Source: Alphaproteobacteria bacterium
GTDB lineage: Bacteria > Pseudomonadota > Alphaproteobacteria > UBA6615
DNA length: 64,000 nt
Direction of reading: 5' to 3'
NCBI GenBank assembly: GCA_038131445.1
Contig: JAYPPL010000009.1
Location: 20,221-84,220, forward strand
This document shows positions 9,011 to 18,739 of the stretch, piece after piece (the first letter of the stretch is position 1; every line of letters begins with the position of its first letter). The notes under the pieces were generated by a model that saw only the letters and a program-made list of their open reading frames with translations, searched no databases and was not told where the DNA came from. The translations under genes and the position numbers were made by a program.

Positions 9011-11227
9011 ATGAGCCAGAACGAAGACGTCCGGCAGGACGAAGAGACCGCCATCCACCGCGATGACCCAGATCCCGCGCATGTCCACGCGGCAGCCGGG
9101 TTCCGCGACGGCGCGGTCGATCTCGACTATATGCTCGCGCATATTGTGCGCTACTGGCCGCTGCTGGTGGGCGTTTGCGGCTTCGGCATTTGGCATGTCG
9201 TCACAAACCTCTACCTGAACGAGCCCGAGCGCTGGCAAAACACTGTCCATTTCGGCGGTTTCGCCTTCCTTGGATACGTCACCACGGCAACCTTCCGACG
9301 ACATGCCGAGGCGCAATGGTCCATCGCACTAGATGTCATTCTCGGCCTGTTGGTGGCGGGGTCCGCCCTGTGGATCGCGGGCGCAGAATCTGGCCTGTAC
9401 GACCGAACGCTGGCGAAAACCGGACAGGACTGGCAGTTCACCCCGCTCGACTGGGCAGCGGGCGCAATTGTTATTATCGGCGCCATTGATCTGACCAGGC
9501 GGCTGACCGGCTGGATCATCCCGGTCCTCGTTATTCTCGCGCTGGCCTACATCCTTTTCCTCGGCGAGCACCTGCCGGGAGTGTTCCGCGCCGCGAGCCT
9601 CCCGCTCAACGACGTGATGTTCCGCTCGCTCTACAACGACGAGGGTATGTTCGGGATCATCGCAAATATCTCCTCGTCCTACATCACCCTATTCATGATT
9701 TTCGGCGGTTTCCTGCTGGTCTCCGGCGCGTCAGACTTCGTGATCGAGTTTTCCAAGGTAATCGCGGGGCGCTTTCGCGGCGGCGCGGCCTTTGTCGCGG
9801 TGATGTCCTCCGCGCTCACCGGCACCATCAACGGCTCGGCCATCGCCAACACCGCCTCCACCGGGATTATCACCATCCCGATGATGAAGGCGAACGGGTT
9901 CCGCGCGCGCTTCGCGGCGGGGATCGAGGCCTCCGCCTCTACGGGCGGGCAGATGATGCCGCCCATCATGGGCGCAGGCGCCTTCATCATGGTATCCTTC
10001 ACTGGAATCGACTACGGCACCATCGTCCTCGTCTCTATTGTTCCCGCCATCCTGTATTTTCTGTCGGTCGCCTTCATGGTTCGCGTCGAGGCCATAAAGC
10101 ACAACATCGGCACCGAACATTTGGAGGCTGTGGACCGCGCCAAACTGCTCGGCGGCGCGCTGAACTTCTTTCTGCCGCTTGCCGTCATGACCTGGTTACT
10201 GGTGACCGGCAAAACGCCGAGTTTCGCGGCCTGCGTGTCCATTGTGACTCTCATCGCAGTTAGTTGGGTGACTCCCAACAAGGTCGGCCTCCGAAAGATC
10301 GCCAACGCGCTCGTAATCGGCATCAAGACCTCGATCATGACGGCAGTACTGCTGGTCACCGTGGGGCTTATCAACAACGCCGTCGTGACCTCGGGGCTGG
10401 CCAACGGCATGTCGTTGATGATCGCTCTGTGGTCGCAGGGCTCGGTGCTGATCGCTGTAACCCTGATTGCGCTGGTGTCGCTTGTCCTCGGCATGGGATT
10501 GCCGGTCACGGCGGCCTATATAGTTCTGTCGATCCTCTCGGCTCCGGCGCTAGCAGGTCTGCTGGCCGATGGTGTGATGATCGACATGCTTATCCAGGGG
10601 CTGGAGCCGGCCCAGGCCGCCATGTTCGCGCTGGTGGATTCCCCACACACCGCAAGTATCATGTCCGGCGCGGGATTGAGCCCTGATGCCGCCCGCGAAC
10701 TGGTGGGCAGTCTGCCCTTCGAGCTGGCGCTAGTCATCCGCCCAGCCCTGATCGACACGGAAACCCTCACCGTTTTCCTATTGACGGCCCACCTGATCGT
10801 GTTCTGGCTAAGCCAGGATTCTAATGTGACCCCACCAGTCTGCCTTGCGGCGTTCACGGCGGCCGGTATTGCTGGTTCAAAGCCCATGGCGACGGGGTTC
10901 GAGGCCTGGAAGATCGCCAAGGGACTCTACATCGTTGTGCTGATGTTCGCTTTCACGCCGCTGATCGGGGCGGGTCCCTGGGAAACCATTCAGATCGGCG
11001 GGTTCGCGATGTTCGGCATCTACGCTATAACCGCGACAATCCAGCGCTATTCGGAAGGCCCGATCCCGATCTGGCTGTATCCGGGGCTGCTGGGCGGCGG
11101 CGCGCTGTGTTTCGTGCCGCTGGATCTGCTGCTGAACGTGATCGGTGCCGCGCTAGTGCTCTGTGTGATCGTCTACACCAAACGTAACGGGCGCCGCGGA
11201 TCCACTGCTCCCTCAGCGACCGCGTGA
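9011..11227 (+). CDS. TRAP transporter fused permease (TAXI-type, DctQM-like fusion)
   Basis: About 740 aa polytopic membrane protein (ORF 8951..11227, start moved to the Met after the hairpin); architecture typical of TAXI-TRAP permeases. Confidence 0.8.
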   Translation: MSQNEDVRQDEETAIHRDDPDPAHVHAAAGFRDGAVDLDYMLAHIVRYWPLLVGVCGFGIWHVVTNLYLNEPERWQNTVHFGGFAFLGYVTTATFRRHAEAQWSIALDVILGLLVAGSALWIAGAESGLYDRTLAKTGQDWQFTPLDWAAGAIVIIGAIDLTRRLTGWIIPVLVILALAYILFLGEHLPGVFRAASLPLNDVMFRSLYNDEGMFGIIANISSSYITLFMIFGGFLLVSGASDFVIEFSKVIAGRFRGGAAFVAVMSSALTGTINGSAIANTASTGIITIPMMKANGFRARFAAGIEASASTGGQMMPPIMGAGAFIMVSFTGIDYGTIVLVSIVPAILYFLSVAFMVRVEAIKHNIGTEHLEAVDRAKLLGGALNFFLPLAVMTWLLVTGKTPSFAACVSIVTLIAVSWVTPNKVGLRKIANALVIGIKTSIMTAVLLVTVGLINNAVVTSGLANGMSLMIALWSQGSVLIAVTLIALVSLVLGMGLPVTAAYIVLSILSAPALAGLLADGVMIDMLIQGLEPAQAAMFALVDSPHTASIMSGAGLSPDAARELVGSLPFELALVIRPALIDTETLTVFLLTAHLIVFWLSQDSNVTPPVCLAAFTAAGIAGSKPMATGFEAWKIAKGLYIVVLMFAFTPLIGAGPWETIQIGGFAMFGIYAITATIQRYSEGPIPIWLYPGLLGGGALCFVPLDLLLNVIGAALVLCVIVYTKRNGRRGSTAPSATA

Positions 11228-11701
11228 AGGACTGTCGCACCGGGCTTATCAAATAATGCAGCAAGGTATGCTAACTGGTTCAGATCAGCACCTCCGCTAG
11301 CATGCTTGGCATAAGGTTCAGGCCTCCGAGGCGCGGTCCGATATATCGTCTAGCGATATCTGGGCCGTGTACAAGGATTCGCCCATCTGCTCGTTGGTGA
11401 TCCGGTCTGTGGACACCCATGTCACAATGCTCTGTGAGGTCTGCGTCACGCGCTGGCTGAACGCGACGATACGCGCACCGTTACAACGCGTACCGTGAAC
11501 GCTCGGTGGCTCTCAGCCCTCGCCAGCAACTGCAGGGTACTCGAGATCCTGACCATTGAAGCGGACACAACCTGGTCGATCATCGTTATAACGCCGAACG
11601 GCGTGTCCTGCATGGAAGCGAACGGAGAGCGTTGGGAACCCACCAACCCTCAAGCATCAAACGCGTATCCGTCCCGCACCCGGACAAGACTATAAGCTCG
11701 A

Positions 11702-12184
11702 CTATTCGAACCGTTCGTGAAGCACTATGTCACCGACCGAGAGACCTAATCGGCGCGCCGTTCCCGCATTTAGCTCAAGGATCCCTCGGGCGCGTTTCCT
11801 AGATGAAATGGTTTCCCGCGACAGTGGAATTGTATTCTCGACAATTCGGGAAATCCGGCCGTTGGATTCGATGAACAGCATGTCCAGGGGCAAATAGGTA
11901 TTAGCCATCCACATGGAAATTACCCGATCACGCTTGTAGGTGAAGAGCATGCCGGCATCGGGCGCCATTTCATTTCTAAACATTAGCCCGCGCTGACGCA
12001 GCGGATCCGTTTCAGCCATTTCGACCTGGAACTTGTGACGCGCTCCGGACCGGGTTTCAATTTCTAGTGTCGCCTTTGGAAACACCGCATCTTGCTGCGC
12101 GACCGCAGATAGTGGCACGAAATACATGGCCACTGCTGTGAAAGTTGCCATTGCCAGAAAAACAACTTGTATTTTTTTCAGCAC
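11702..12184 (-). CDS. DUF192 domain protein (secreted)
   Basis: 160 aa with signal peptide; ...RGLMFRNEMAPDAGMLFTYKRDRVISMWMANTYLPLDMLFI... matches the DUF192/COG1430 pattern. Confidence 0.55.
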   Translation of the reverse strand: MLKKIQVVFLAMATFTAVAMYFVPLSAVAQQDAVFPKATLEIETRSGARHKFQVEMAETDPLRQRGLMFRNEMAPDAGMLFTYKRDRVISMWMANTYLPLDMLFIESNGRISRIVENTIPLSRETISSRKRARGILELNAGTARRLGLSVGDIVLHERFE

Positions 12185-13368
12185 TTTATAAATTTTTCCT
12201 TATTATCAACATAAATTCTATGTGCGTCGGCAACTAGTTTACGCACACTCCCCCTCACTGCAGTTTGAGGCGGAGTATCCGCGATTGTCGTGAACCAGTG
12301 CTCGGGCGGGTTTTTTCCCTGAGCGCGATTCCAGGTCAAAGCCCGTAATATTTCGACCGCGTGCGGCTCGAGTTGCGTTGGAATATTGAACTCGTTGAGG
12401 GTGGCCCAAACACCCGACCAGCACCGCGCGACACTCCATGGATTATAGCCACCGCCGCCGGTCACCAGAACGCGCGGTGCATGTACAATGGACTTACCCA
12501 GAGCCTCCCAGATCGCCCCGTTCGACAACTCCATACGGCTCAATGGATCATCCGCCAGGGCATCAGCACCGCACTGTATGACCATAACATCGGGGACGTG
12601 GCGAACGGCCAACGGCAAAACAATCTCATCAATGATCAGACGAAACTCACTGTCACGCAAACCGCGCGGCACCGGAATATTGCATGCCGTTCCCTCTTCC
12701 GTGTCGGTTAGGGCACCCGTAAACGGCCATCTGCGTTCTTCATGCACTGAGATTGTAAGAACATTTGGGTCGCGCGCGAACGCCTCCTGCACGCCGTCAC
12801 CGTGGTGAGCATCGAAATCGAGATACAGCACGCGGCGAAGCCCCAGATCCTGTAGACGCAGTATTCCCAGAACCAGATCATTGAAGTAGCAGAATCCGCT
12901 GGCTCGGTCCGGCCGGCCATGATGCGTTCCGCCGGCCGGGCTATAAACGATCCCGACATCTACCGAAGCCAGAATTTGCGCTGCAGAAAGCACAGCGCCA
13001 GCCGATATCGCCGGTCGGCTATACATAGTGCTGTGGATCGGGTTCTCGAGCCGGCCCAGGTTGTACTTCTTCCGGTCAGCTTCCGAAAGTTCGAGACGTT
13101 TTTCGCCCTCACGCAACGCACGAAGGTACGCCGGATCATGAAATCGCACGATTTCTGCGGGACTCGCCGGCGCACTTTCCCGATAGACCTCGTCCGGAAG
13201 CCAGGCCAGCGCACGACACAGATCGATGGTTGCAGGCACGCGCGGCACCGAAAGCGGGTGTTTGGGGCCGAAATTGGATCGTCGGTAGATGTCGTTGCCA
13301 ATGAACAGCGGCCGCGACAGGTGGCGTTCAGTGGGCATGGGCCTACTGTTTCCAGGCATGACGGTCAT
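12178..13368 (-). CDS. Histone deacetylase-family protein (AcuC/acetoin utilisation / acetylpolyamine amidohydrolase-like)
   Basis: 396 aa; HPLSVPRV..., AGGTHHGRPDRASGFCYFNDLVLGI, DFDAHHGDGVQEAF - canonical HDAC Zn-site motifs. Confidence 0.75.
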   Translation of the reverse strand: MTVMPGNSRPMPTERHLSRPLFIGNDIYRRSNFGPKHPLSVPRVPATIDLCRALAWLPDEVYRESAPASPAEIVRFHDPAYLRALREGEKRLELSEADRKKYNLGRLENPIHSTMYSRPAISAGAVLSAAQILASVDVGIVYSPAGGTHHGRPDRASGFCYFNDLVLGILRLQDLGLRRVLYLDFDAHHGDGVQEAFARDPNVLTISVHEERRWPFTGALTDTEEGTACNIPVPRGLRDSEFRLIIDEIVLPLAVRHVPDVMVIQCGADALADDPLSRMELSNGAIWEALGKSIVHAPRVLVTGGGGYNPWSVARCWSGVWATLNEFNIPTQLEPHAVEILRALTWNRAQGKNPPEHWFTTIADTPPQTAVRGSVRKLVADAHRIYVDNKEKFIKC

Positions 13369-13451
13369 GCGATCTCAAATAGTCGTTGCGCACCAAGCTC
13401 GCAATAACTGCCATTGACGCAAGGCGAGCGGACACTTCATATTAAATTTCA

Positions 13452-13548
13452 ACCACATGGGGAGCCATTGCGGCTGAGAGGTTTCGCATAGCCCAGCGAA
13501 ACGACCCTTGGAACCTGATCCGGTTAGAACCGGCGGAGGGACGTGGAC
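13452..13548 (+). promoter_or_regulatory. TPP (THI-box) riboswitch
   Basis: ccacatGGGGAGCCattgcGGCTGAGAGGtttcgcatagcccagcgaaacgACCCttgGAACCTGATCCGGTTAGAACCGGCGGAGGGAcgtgg matches THI-element conserved blocks (GGGG.GCC, CUGAGA, ACCC..GAACCUGAUC.GG.UAAU.CC.GCG.AGGGA); sits directly 5' of, and overlaps the start of, the ABC ATPase gene. Confidence 0.7.
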
Positions 13549-14337
13549 TTGAACGACGCCAACCTGCTATCCGAAAGTCCGTATGCGCCGGGATTGTCTG
13601 TGCGCAACGCCCGCCTCGGCTGGAATGGCGTGGAACTCTTGTCTGGCCTGTCCTTCGACGCGCCGGCACGCGCCTGGACATGCCTACTGGGGGAAAGCGG
13701 GGTTGGGAAATCGACCCTGCTGCGCACCCTCGCTGGCCTGATCGAACCGCTCGACGGCGTAGATATCTGGGCAAAGGGTGCCACGAACACCTCCAACAGC
13801 GTCGCCTACATGGCCCAGCAGGACCTGCTGCTACCCTGGCTAACGGCGGCGGACAACGTCGCTTTGGGCGCAAGACTACGCGGCGAGACACCCGACAGCG
13901 CCAAAATCTCTGACATCCTGGAACGAACCGGCATGACCGACCGCGCCGATGCACGCCCGCGCGAGCTATCCGGCGGGGAGCGCCAGCGGATCGCCCTAGC
14001 GCGGACACTCATGGAAAACCGCCCCATCGTTCTGATGGATGAGCCCTTCTCGGCCCTTGACGCCATCACCCGCGCCCAGTTGCAGCAGCTAGCTTTCGAA
14101 CTACTAGGCGCGCGGACTGTTGTTATGGTCACCCATGACCCGTTCGAGGCGCTGCGGCTGGGTTCGAAAATCCATGTGGTCCGCAAGGGCGACAATTCCA
14201 GTGCGGTGCCATTCTCTCCTCCGGGCACGGCATTGCGTGATCCTACTGACCCATCGCTGCGGGCCACCTATCACGCAATCATGGCAGCGCTCGATACTCC
14301 GAAAACTCCTGAAAACGCGGGAAATGCGGCCGCATGA
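13543..14337 (+). CDS. ABC transporter ATP-binding protein, NitT/TauT (ThiZ-like) family
   Basis: Walker A GESGVGKST, signature LSGGERQRIALARTL, Walker B IVLMDEPFSALD; the true start may be the TTG at 13549 after GGAGGG. Confidence 0.8.
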   Translation: MDLNDANLLSESPYAPGLSVRNARLGWNGVELLSGLSFDAPARAWTCLLGESGVGKSTLLRTLAGLIEPLDGVDIWAKGATNTSNSVAYMAQQDLLLPWLTAADNVALGARLRGETPDSAKISDILERTGMTDRADARPRELSGGERQRIALARTLMENRPIVLMDEPFSALDAITRAQLQQLAFELLGARTVVMVTHDPFEALRLGSKIHVVRKGDNSSAVPFSPPGTALRDPTDPSLRATYHAIMAALDTPKTPENAGNAAA

Positions 14338-15095
14338 GCGCGATTGTTAAGCCTCTGATCGTCTTTCTCGGTCTGATGTACCTGTGGCAGGCCGCGGTCT
14401 CCGTTTTTGAGATCGCGCCATTCATCCTGCCAGGCCCGATCGCGGTGATCGAGGTTGCTATCGCCCGTGCGGACACCCTCGCGGAACACGCGGGCATAAC
14501 ACTCGTCGAAATCCTGCTCGGACTGGCCTTTGGCTCGCTTCTGGGGTGCTCAAGCGCGCTGATGATGGCGTATTTCCGCCAGGCACGGTCCTGGCTTCTC
14601 CCGGTCCTCGTTGTGTCACAGGCGATCCCGGTCTTCGCGTTGGCGCCGGTGCTGGTACTTTGGTTCGGCTACGGGATCGCCCCCAAGGTCGCCATGGCCA
14701 CGTTAATAATCTATTTCCCCGTCACCGCGGCCTTCTACGATGGCCTGCGCCGAACGGAACCCGGCTGGATAGACCTTGCCCAGACGATGGGCGCATCAAA
14801 GGCCGCAATCCTGCGCCAGATCCGCATTCCGGCCGCCCTACCCGCCTTCGCGTCCGGCCTCAGGGTCGCTGCAGCAGTCGCACCCATCGGTGCCGTGGTC
14901 GGCGAATGGGTCGGTTCCTCGGCGGGGCTCGGCTACTACATGCTGCTAATGAACGGACGCGTGCAGACCGCCGCCATGTTCGCCGCGCTGTTTGTCCTCG
15001 CGATCATGGCCGTCGCCATTTACTTCGCCATCGATGCCACTTTGCGGCGGCTGGTGGCTTGGCAACCCGAGGCCGATCCGGCCACCTTTTCCTGA
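14334..15095 (+). CDS. ABC transporter permease, NitT/TauT (ThiX-like) family
   Basis: 253 aa, 6 TM; start overlaps the upstream stop (ATGA); binding-protein-dependent permease signature region ...AMATLIIYFPV... Confidence 0.8.
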   Translation: MSAIVKPLIVFLGLMYLWQAAVSVFEIAPFILPGPIAVIEVAIARADTLAEHAGITLVEILLGLAFGSLLGCSSALMMAYFRQARSWLLPVLVVSQAIPVFALAPVLVLWFGYGIAPKVAMATLIIYFPVTAAFYDGLRRTEPGWIDLAQTMGASKAAILRQIRIPAALPAFASGLRVAAAVAPIGAVVGEWVGSSAGLGYYMLLMNGRVQTAAMFAALFVLAIMAVAIYFAIDATLRRLVAWQPEADPATFS

Positions 15096-15118
15096 AGCCT
15101 AAACCTTCGAGTAACGTC

Positions 15119-16051
15119 ATGAAAAAAACGCTTTTTGCCCTCGCCCTAATGATAATCGCCAGCCCGGCCGCCGCCGCGGACAAACTAACCGTTATGCTGG
15201 ACTGGTTCATCAACCCCGACCACGGACCACTCTATGTGGCGCTGGAGCGCGACGAATTCGAAAAGCGCGGTCTGGACGTCGAACTAATCCCTCCGGCCGA
15301 TCCCAACGACCCGCCGAAGCTGGTCGCCGCGGGCCGCGCGGATCTCGCCATTTCCTACCAGCCGCAACTGCATCTACAGGTCGCGGCAGGCCTGCCGCTC
15401 ATGCGGGTGGGAACACTCGTCGCGACCCCGCTCAGTTCGTTAGTGGTGCTGGCCGACAGCCCCATCAAGTCCATAGCCGATCTGAAAGGCCGCAAGGTCG
15501 GCTTTTCCGTCGGTGGTTTCGAGGACGCGCTGCTGGGTGCGATGCTCGACAAACACGGGCTCACGCTGGACGACGTGAAACTGATCAACGTGAACTTCTC
15601 CCTGTCTCCGTCACTGATGAGCGGCCAGGTCGATGCCGTGATCGGTGCCTACCGGAACTTTGAACTGAACCAGATGGACCTAGAAGGCCGGCCAGGCCGG
15701 GCGTTCTACTTGGAGGAGGAAGGCGTGCCCGCTTATGACGAACTGATCGTCGTCGCCCAGCGGGAAAACGTCGCGGACCCGCGCATATCCGCATTTATCG
15801 ACGCGCTGGAGGCCGCCACCCAGTATATAATCAATCATCCGGATGCGGCGTGGGAACTGTTCATAAAGGGCCGCAAGGATTTGAACGACGAGTTGAATCG
15901 GCGCGCCTGGCGCGACACCCTGCCCCGTTTCGCGCTGCGCCCCGCCGCGCTCGATTCGGGCCGGTACCAAGCCTTCGCTGAGTTCCTGAAAGGCCGCGGC
16001 ATGATCGAGAGCATTCCGCCTGTCGAAAGCTACGCAGTGGAGGTGCGTTGA
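15119..16051 (+). CDS. ABC substrate-binding protein, NMT1/THI5-like (ThiY/SsuA-type) family
   Basis: Real start is ATG at 15119 (MKKTLFALALMIIASPAAAADKLTVMLDWFINPDHGPLYVALE...); the six-frame ORF 14546.. is an in-frame upstream extension through the permease gene. Confidence 0.75.
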   Translation: MKKTLFALALMIIASPAAAADKLTVMLDWFINPDHGPLYVALERDEFEKRGLDVELIPPADPNDPPKLVAAGRADLAISYQPQLHLQVAAGLPLMRVGTLVATPLSSLVVLADSPIKSIADLKGRKVGFSVGGFEDALLGAMLDKHGLTLDDVKLINVNFSLSPSLMSGQVDAVIGAYRNFELNQMDLEGRPGRAFYLEEEGVPAYDELIVVAQRENVADPRISAFIDALEAATQYIINHPDAAWELFIKGRKDLNDELNRRAWRDTLPRFALRPAALDSGRYQAFAEFLKGRGMIESIPPVESYAVEVR

Positions 16052-16060
16052 CCGGGGCTA

Positions 16061-17875
16061 CTACGCCGAAACCGGCACAACCACGCCGTCGGCGACGTCA
16101 GCCGCATCCTGCGCGGCACGGCGCGCAGCGGCCTGCTGGCGCTTCCAGAGCGTCGCGTAGGCGCCACCCTGGGCCAGCAGGCCGTCATGGCGGCCGCGCT
16201 CGATGATGACGCCGCCATCCAGTACAATTATCTCGTCGGCGTTTACAACCGTCGAAAGGCGGTGCGCGATCACCAACGTGGTGCGGTCGGCGGAGACCCG
16301 CTCCAGGGCGGTCTGAATCTCGCGCTCGGTGTGGGTATCGAGCGCCGACGTCGCCTCATCAAACAACAGGATTCGCGGATCCTTCAGGATAGTACGGGCA
16401 ATTGCCACACGCTGCTTCTCGCCGCCCGAAAGTTTCAACCCGCGCTCGCCGACACGGGTGTTGTAGCCGTCCGGCAGCTCCATCACGAAGTCATGAACCT
16501 GCGCCAGCCGCGCCGCTCCCTCGACCTCCGCCGGGGTCGCGTCGGGTCGCCCGTACTGGATATTGTAGAGGATGGTGTCATTGAATAGGACGGTGTCCTG
16601 CGGGACGATTCCGATGGCCGCGCGCAGGCTCTGCTGGGTCACATCACGAATGTCGTGCCCATCTATGGTGATACGGCCGCTGTCGATGTCGTAGAAACGA
16701 AACAGCAGACGCGAAATCGTCGATTTGCCGGCCCCCGACGCGCCGACAATCGCCACGGTATGGCCCGCCGGCACCTCGAAATCGACATCGCGCAGGACCG
16801 GCCGGCGCGGGTCATAACTGAACGAAACATGCTCAAACTTGACGAAACCTTCGTCCGCATATAGCGGCCGCGATCCGGGCTTATCCTCGACCTCGCGTTC
16901 CTCCTCGAGGAGCGAGAACATCTGCTCCATATCGACCAGCGACTGCTTAATTTCGCGGTAAACAAATCCAAGAAAATTAAGGGGTTGAAACAACTGCATC
17001 ATGTAAAGATTCACAGCCGTGAACTCACCAATGGACATGCTGCCGTCACTCACCCGGTAGCCTGACAGGACCAGCAAGATGGTCATGCCCAGCGCCATGA
17101 TGAAGCCCTGCCCGACGTTCAGCAGCGACAGCGTGGTCAGGCTTTTTACCGCCGCCTTCTCATAGCGCTGCATGGAGGTATCGTAACGCGCGGCCTCATG
17201 CGCCTCGTTGCCGAAATACTTAACCGTCTCGAAGTTCAGCAGGCTGTCGATGGCCTTGGTATTGGCCTCGGTGTCGCTGTCGTTCATGGCGCGCCGGAAC
17301 TTCAGGCGCCACTCGGTGAACATGAAGGTAAACGCGACATAGATCGCCACCGTCACGAAGGTGATGGCGGAAAATACGAAGCCGAACAGCGACCACAGGA
17401 TCGCGCAGACCAGCCCGATCTCGACCAGCGTCGGCAGGATATTGAACAGCATGAAGCGCAGCAGAAAATCGATGCCCTTGATGCCGCGCTCGATGGCCCG
17501 GCTGAGCCCGCCTGTGCGCCGGTCCATGTGGAAGCGCAAAGCCAGCGCATGCAGATGCTGGAAGACCCGCAGCGCGATGCGCCGGATCGCCCGCTGGCCC
17601 ACCTTGGCGAAAATGAAGTCCCGCAGCTCCGCGAAAGCCTGCTGGCCGACGCGCAACAGGCCGTAACCGATCAGGAGGGCCACAGGCACGGCGACAGCAC
17701 CGCCATTATCCACGCCCTTCTCCAGCGCATCCACGGCCTGCCCGAACACGGCAGGAACAGCGACCGTCGCCAGCTTCGCGGCGATCAGCAGAACAATCGC
17801 GATGACAACGCGGGCCCGCAGTTCCGTCTCGCCATGCGGCCACATGTAGGGCGCAAGCGCACGGATAGCGCGCAT
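16061..17875 (-). CDS. atm1: Atm1-type ABC exporter (fused TMD-NBD, ABCB family)
   Basis: 604 aa; six TM helices then NBD (GASGAGKST, LSGGEKQRVAIARTILKDPRILLFDEATSALD); length and N-term resemble alphaproteobacterial Atm1-like heavy-metal/glutathione-conjugate exporters. Confidence 0.75.
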   Translation of the reverse strand: MRAIRALAPYMWPHGETELRARVVIAIVLLIAAKLATVAVPAVFGQAVDALEKGVDNGGAVAVPVALLIGYGLLRVGQQAFAELRDFIFAKVGQRAIRRIALRVFQHLHALALRFHMDRRTGGLSRAIERGIKGIDFLLRFMLFNILPTLVEIGLVCAILWSLFGFVFSAITFVTVAIYVAFTFMFTEWRLKFRRAMNDSDTEANTKAIDSLLNFETVKYFGNEAHEAARYDTSMQRYEKAAVKSLTTLSLLNVGQGFIMALGMTILLVLSGYRVSDGSMSIGEFTAVNLYMMQLFQPLNFLGFVYREIKQSLVDMEQMFSLLEEEREVEDKPGSRPLYADEGFVKFEHVSFSYDPRRPVLRDVDFEVPAGHTVAIVGASGAGKSTISRLLFRFYDIDSGRITIDGHDIRDVTQQSLRAAIGIVPQDTVLFNDTILYNIQYGRPDATPAEVEGAARLAQVHDFVMELPDGYNTRVGERGLKLSGGEKQRVAIARTILKDPRILLFDEATSALDTHTEREIQTALERVSADRTTLVIAHRLSTVVNADEIIVLDGGVIIERGRHDGLLAQGGAYATLWKRQQAAARRAAQDAADVADGVVVPVSA

Positions 17876-18068
17876 TTCGGCGCCCGGCGGAACTTTTTCG
17901 AGGTTTCTCGACCGTGGGGAGATCTGGGAGACATGGGTACGGATTTAGGCTTTACGGCCAGCAAAAACCAGCATCAGGCCTCGCATGTCGCAAAGGATAA
18001 CCGAACGCGATGGTTTTCCGTCGTCCGAATAGCGGGACACAGCCAGAATGCCCGGATCTCGCGTGGCC

Positions 18069-18461
18069 TCAGGTTTCTTGCGACAGCTCAGCCGCCTTGA
18101 TCGTCGGAGCCGTGTGATAAGTCGCCCAACCCTGGTCTGAACCTGTGTCTGGAAGGCTATCTTCAGAACTGGGACGGCGGTGAAGATGCGCTTTGGCGAT
18201 CATGTTCGCGGTGATCGGAGCCGTCAGAAGCAGGAAGATGGTGACAAGCAGCTCGTGAAAGCTCAGACGCTCCACGAGCAGCGCAAAATAGGCCATCGAT
18301 GCAAGAAGAGCAGCTCCGACCCCAAGTGTTGTTGCCTTGGTCGGAGCGTGCAGCCGCTTCATCAGATCATCGAGCTTCAGCAGGCCGAATGACCCGATCA
18401 ACGTGAAAAGGCCAGCGATCACGAGTAGAGCTGAGACGAGCATTTCGGAGAAAAGTTCCAT
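18069..18461 (-). CDS. mnhG: Monovalent cation/H+ antiporter subunit G
   Basis: Start taken at MELFSEMLVSALLVIAGLFTLIGSFGLLKLDDLMKRLHA... (PhaG/MnhG pattern); last gene of the operon. Confidence 0.7.
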   Translation of the reverse strand: MELFSEMLVSALLVIAGLFTLIGSFGLLKLDDLMKRLHAPTKATTLGVGAALLASMAYFALLVERLSFHELLVTIFLLLTAPITANMIAKAHLHRRPSSEDSLPDTGSDQGWATYHTAPTIKAAELSQET

Positions 18462-18469
18462 AGTCGCGC

Positions 18470-18739
18470 CTACTCGATAACATTGCCGTGCAGGATATAT
18501 CGGCAGTACGCCACGGTGGAGATAAAGCCCACCATGGCCAGCAGCAGAACAGCCTCGAAATACATCGGCGAAGACTGCCAAACACCGTAGAGGATCAGAA
18601 GCGAGATCGAATTGATAACCATGGTGTCGAGCGCAAGAATCCGGTCCGTTGCCGAGGGTCCGATTGCCAGCCGTGCAAGATTGAGCAGAATTCCAAGCAC
18701 CACGCAGGCCAGCGTAAATGCCAGAGCATACTCGATCAT
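18470..18739 (-). CDS. mnhF: Monovalent cation/H+ antiporter subunit F
   Basis: 89 aa, 3 TM, MIEYALAFTLACVVLGILLNLARLAIGPSATDRILALDT... Confidence 0.75.
   Translation of the reverse strand: MIEYALAFTLACVVLGILLNLARLAIGPSATDRILALDTMVINSISLLILYGVWQSSPMYFEAVLLLAMVGFISTVAYCRYILHGNVIE

Noticed and set aside
14546-15118. N-terminal 190 aa of the 501-aa ORF upstream of the binding-protein gene
   Set aside because: In-frame read-through of the permease gene in another frame; the real start is the ATG at 15119 followed by a classic signal peptide.
17198-18100. 300-aa plus-strand ORF
   Set aside because: Antisense to the Atm1 exporter gene; His/Arg/Gln-rich low complexity.
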